Position numbers and translations under genes: made by a program. A DNA stretch of 64,000 nucleotides. It comes from Octopus vulgaris. Its lineage: Eukaryota. The DNA lies in NCBI GenBank assembly GCA_951406725.2, contig OX597816.1:156612001-156676000 (forward strand). Direction: 5' to 3'. The notes under the pieces were generated by a model. The model ran no database searches. It worked only from the letters and a program-made list of their open reading frames with translations, and was not told the origin of the DNA. Of the stretch, positions 63,641-64,000 are shown in pieces (position 1 is the stretch's first letter; every line of letters begins with the position of its first letter).

Positions 63641-64000
63641 CAGCGCGAAGCACCGATTATGATTAAATGAACTATTGGTTAGCTAAAATATAAAGGTCGA
63701 AGTTTTGACAGAACAAAAGTAGCAATCGATCTCATGGTTATTTGGCTCTCGCCACAACTGAATGGACATATTTTAACTTCTGAAAGCAAATTCACTGCAG
63801 CGACCATGAATGACATATTCTCCCTTATGGCAAAAGGTCTAAATAAATAAAAAAGACATATTTTCCAAGTGCTTCCCTCTAGCGGATCCTAGACGCGTGA
63901 TTCTCGTTCTTGGTTCTTTAACCTTCCTCAATGATAAAGAGAGAAGAGACGTAACCCGTAGACAAATTGAAACCAGTTGTTTTAACCAAGACAGTAAACA

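Overview
AT-rich, gene-poor eukaryotic DNA dominated by microsatellites and decayed transposable elements. The repeat landscape suggests a coleoid cephalopod such as Octopus (inference, no search run). No host protein-coding exon can be supported; most listed ORFs are microsatellite artefacts. Recognisable elements: a 5'-truncated CR1-group LINE and relatives, R4/Dong and NeSL/HERO-type LINE fragments, Penelope-like (PLE) RT and pseudo-LTR fragments, an ORF1-only L1/Tx1-like element, several tRNA-derived SINE families, Tc1, mariner, DD37D and Chapaev3-like DNA transposon remnants, a Merlin-type MITE, a non-autonomous Helitron, a Helentron-like element, long fold-backs and a 28S rRNA fragment. 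The most notable observation is a set of PLE-like repeats carrying all three hammerhead ribozyme core strands in the order NUH -> GAAA -> CUGANGA. This is not one of the three circular permutations (types I/II/III) and would need a pseudoknotted or trans fold. Stems I and III covary across three diverged copies; stem II is weak and activity is untested.
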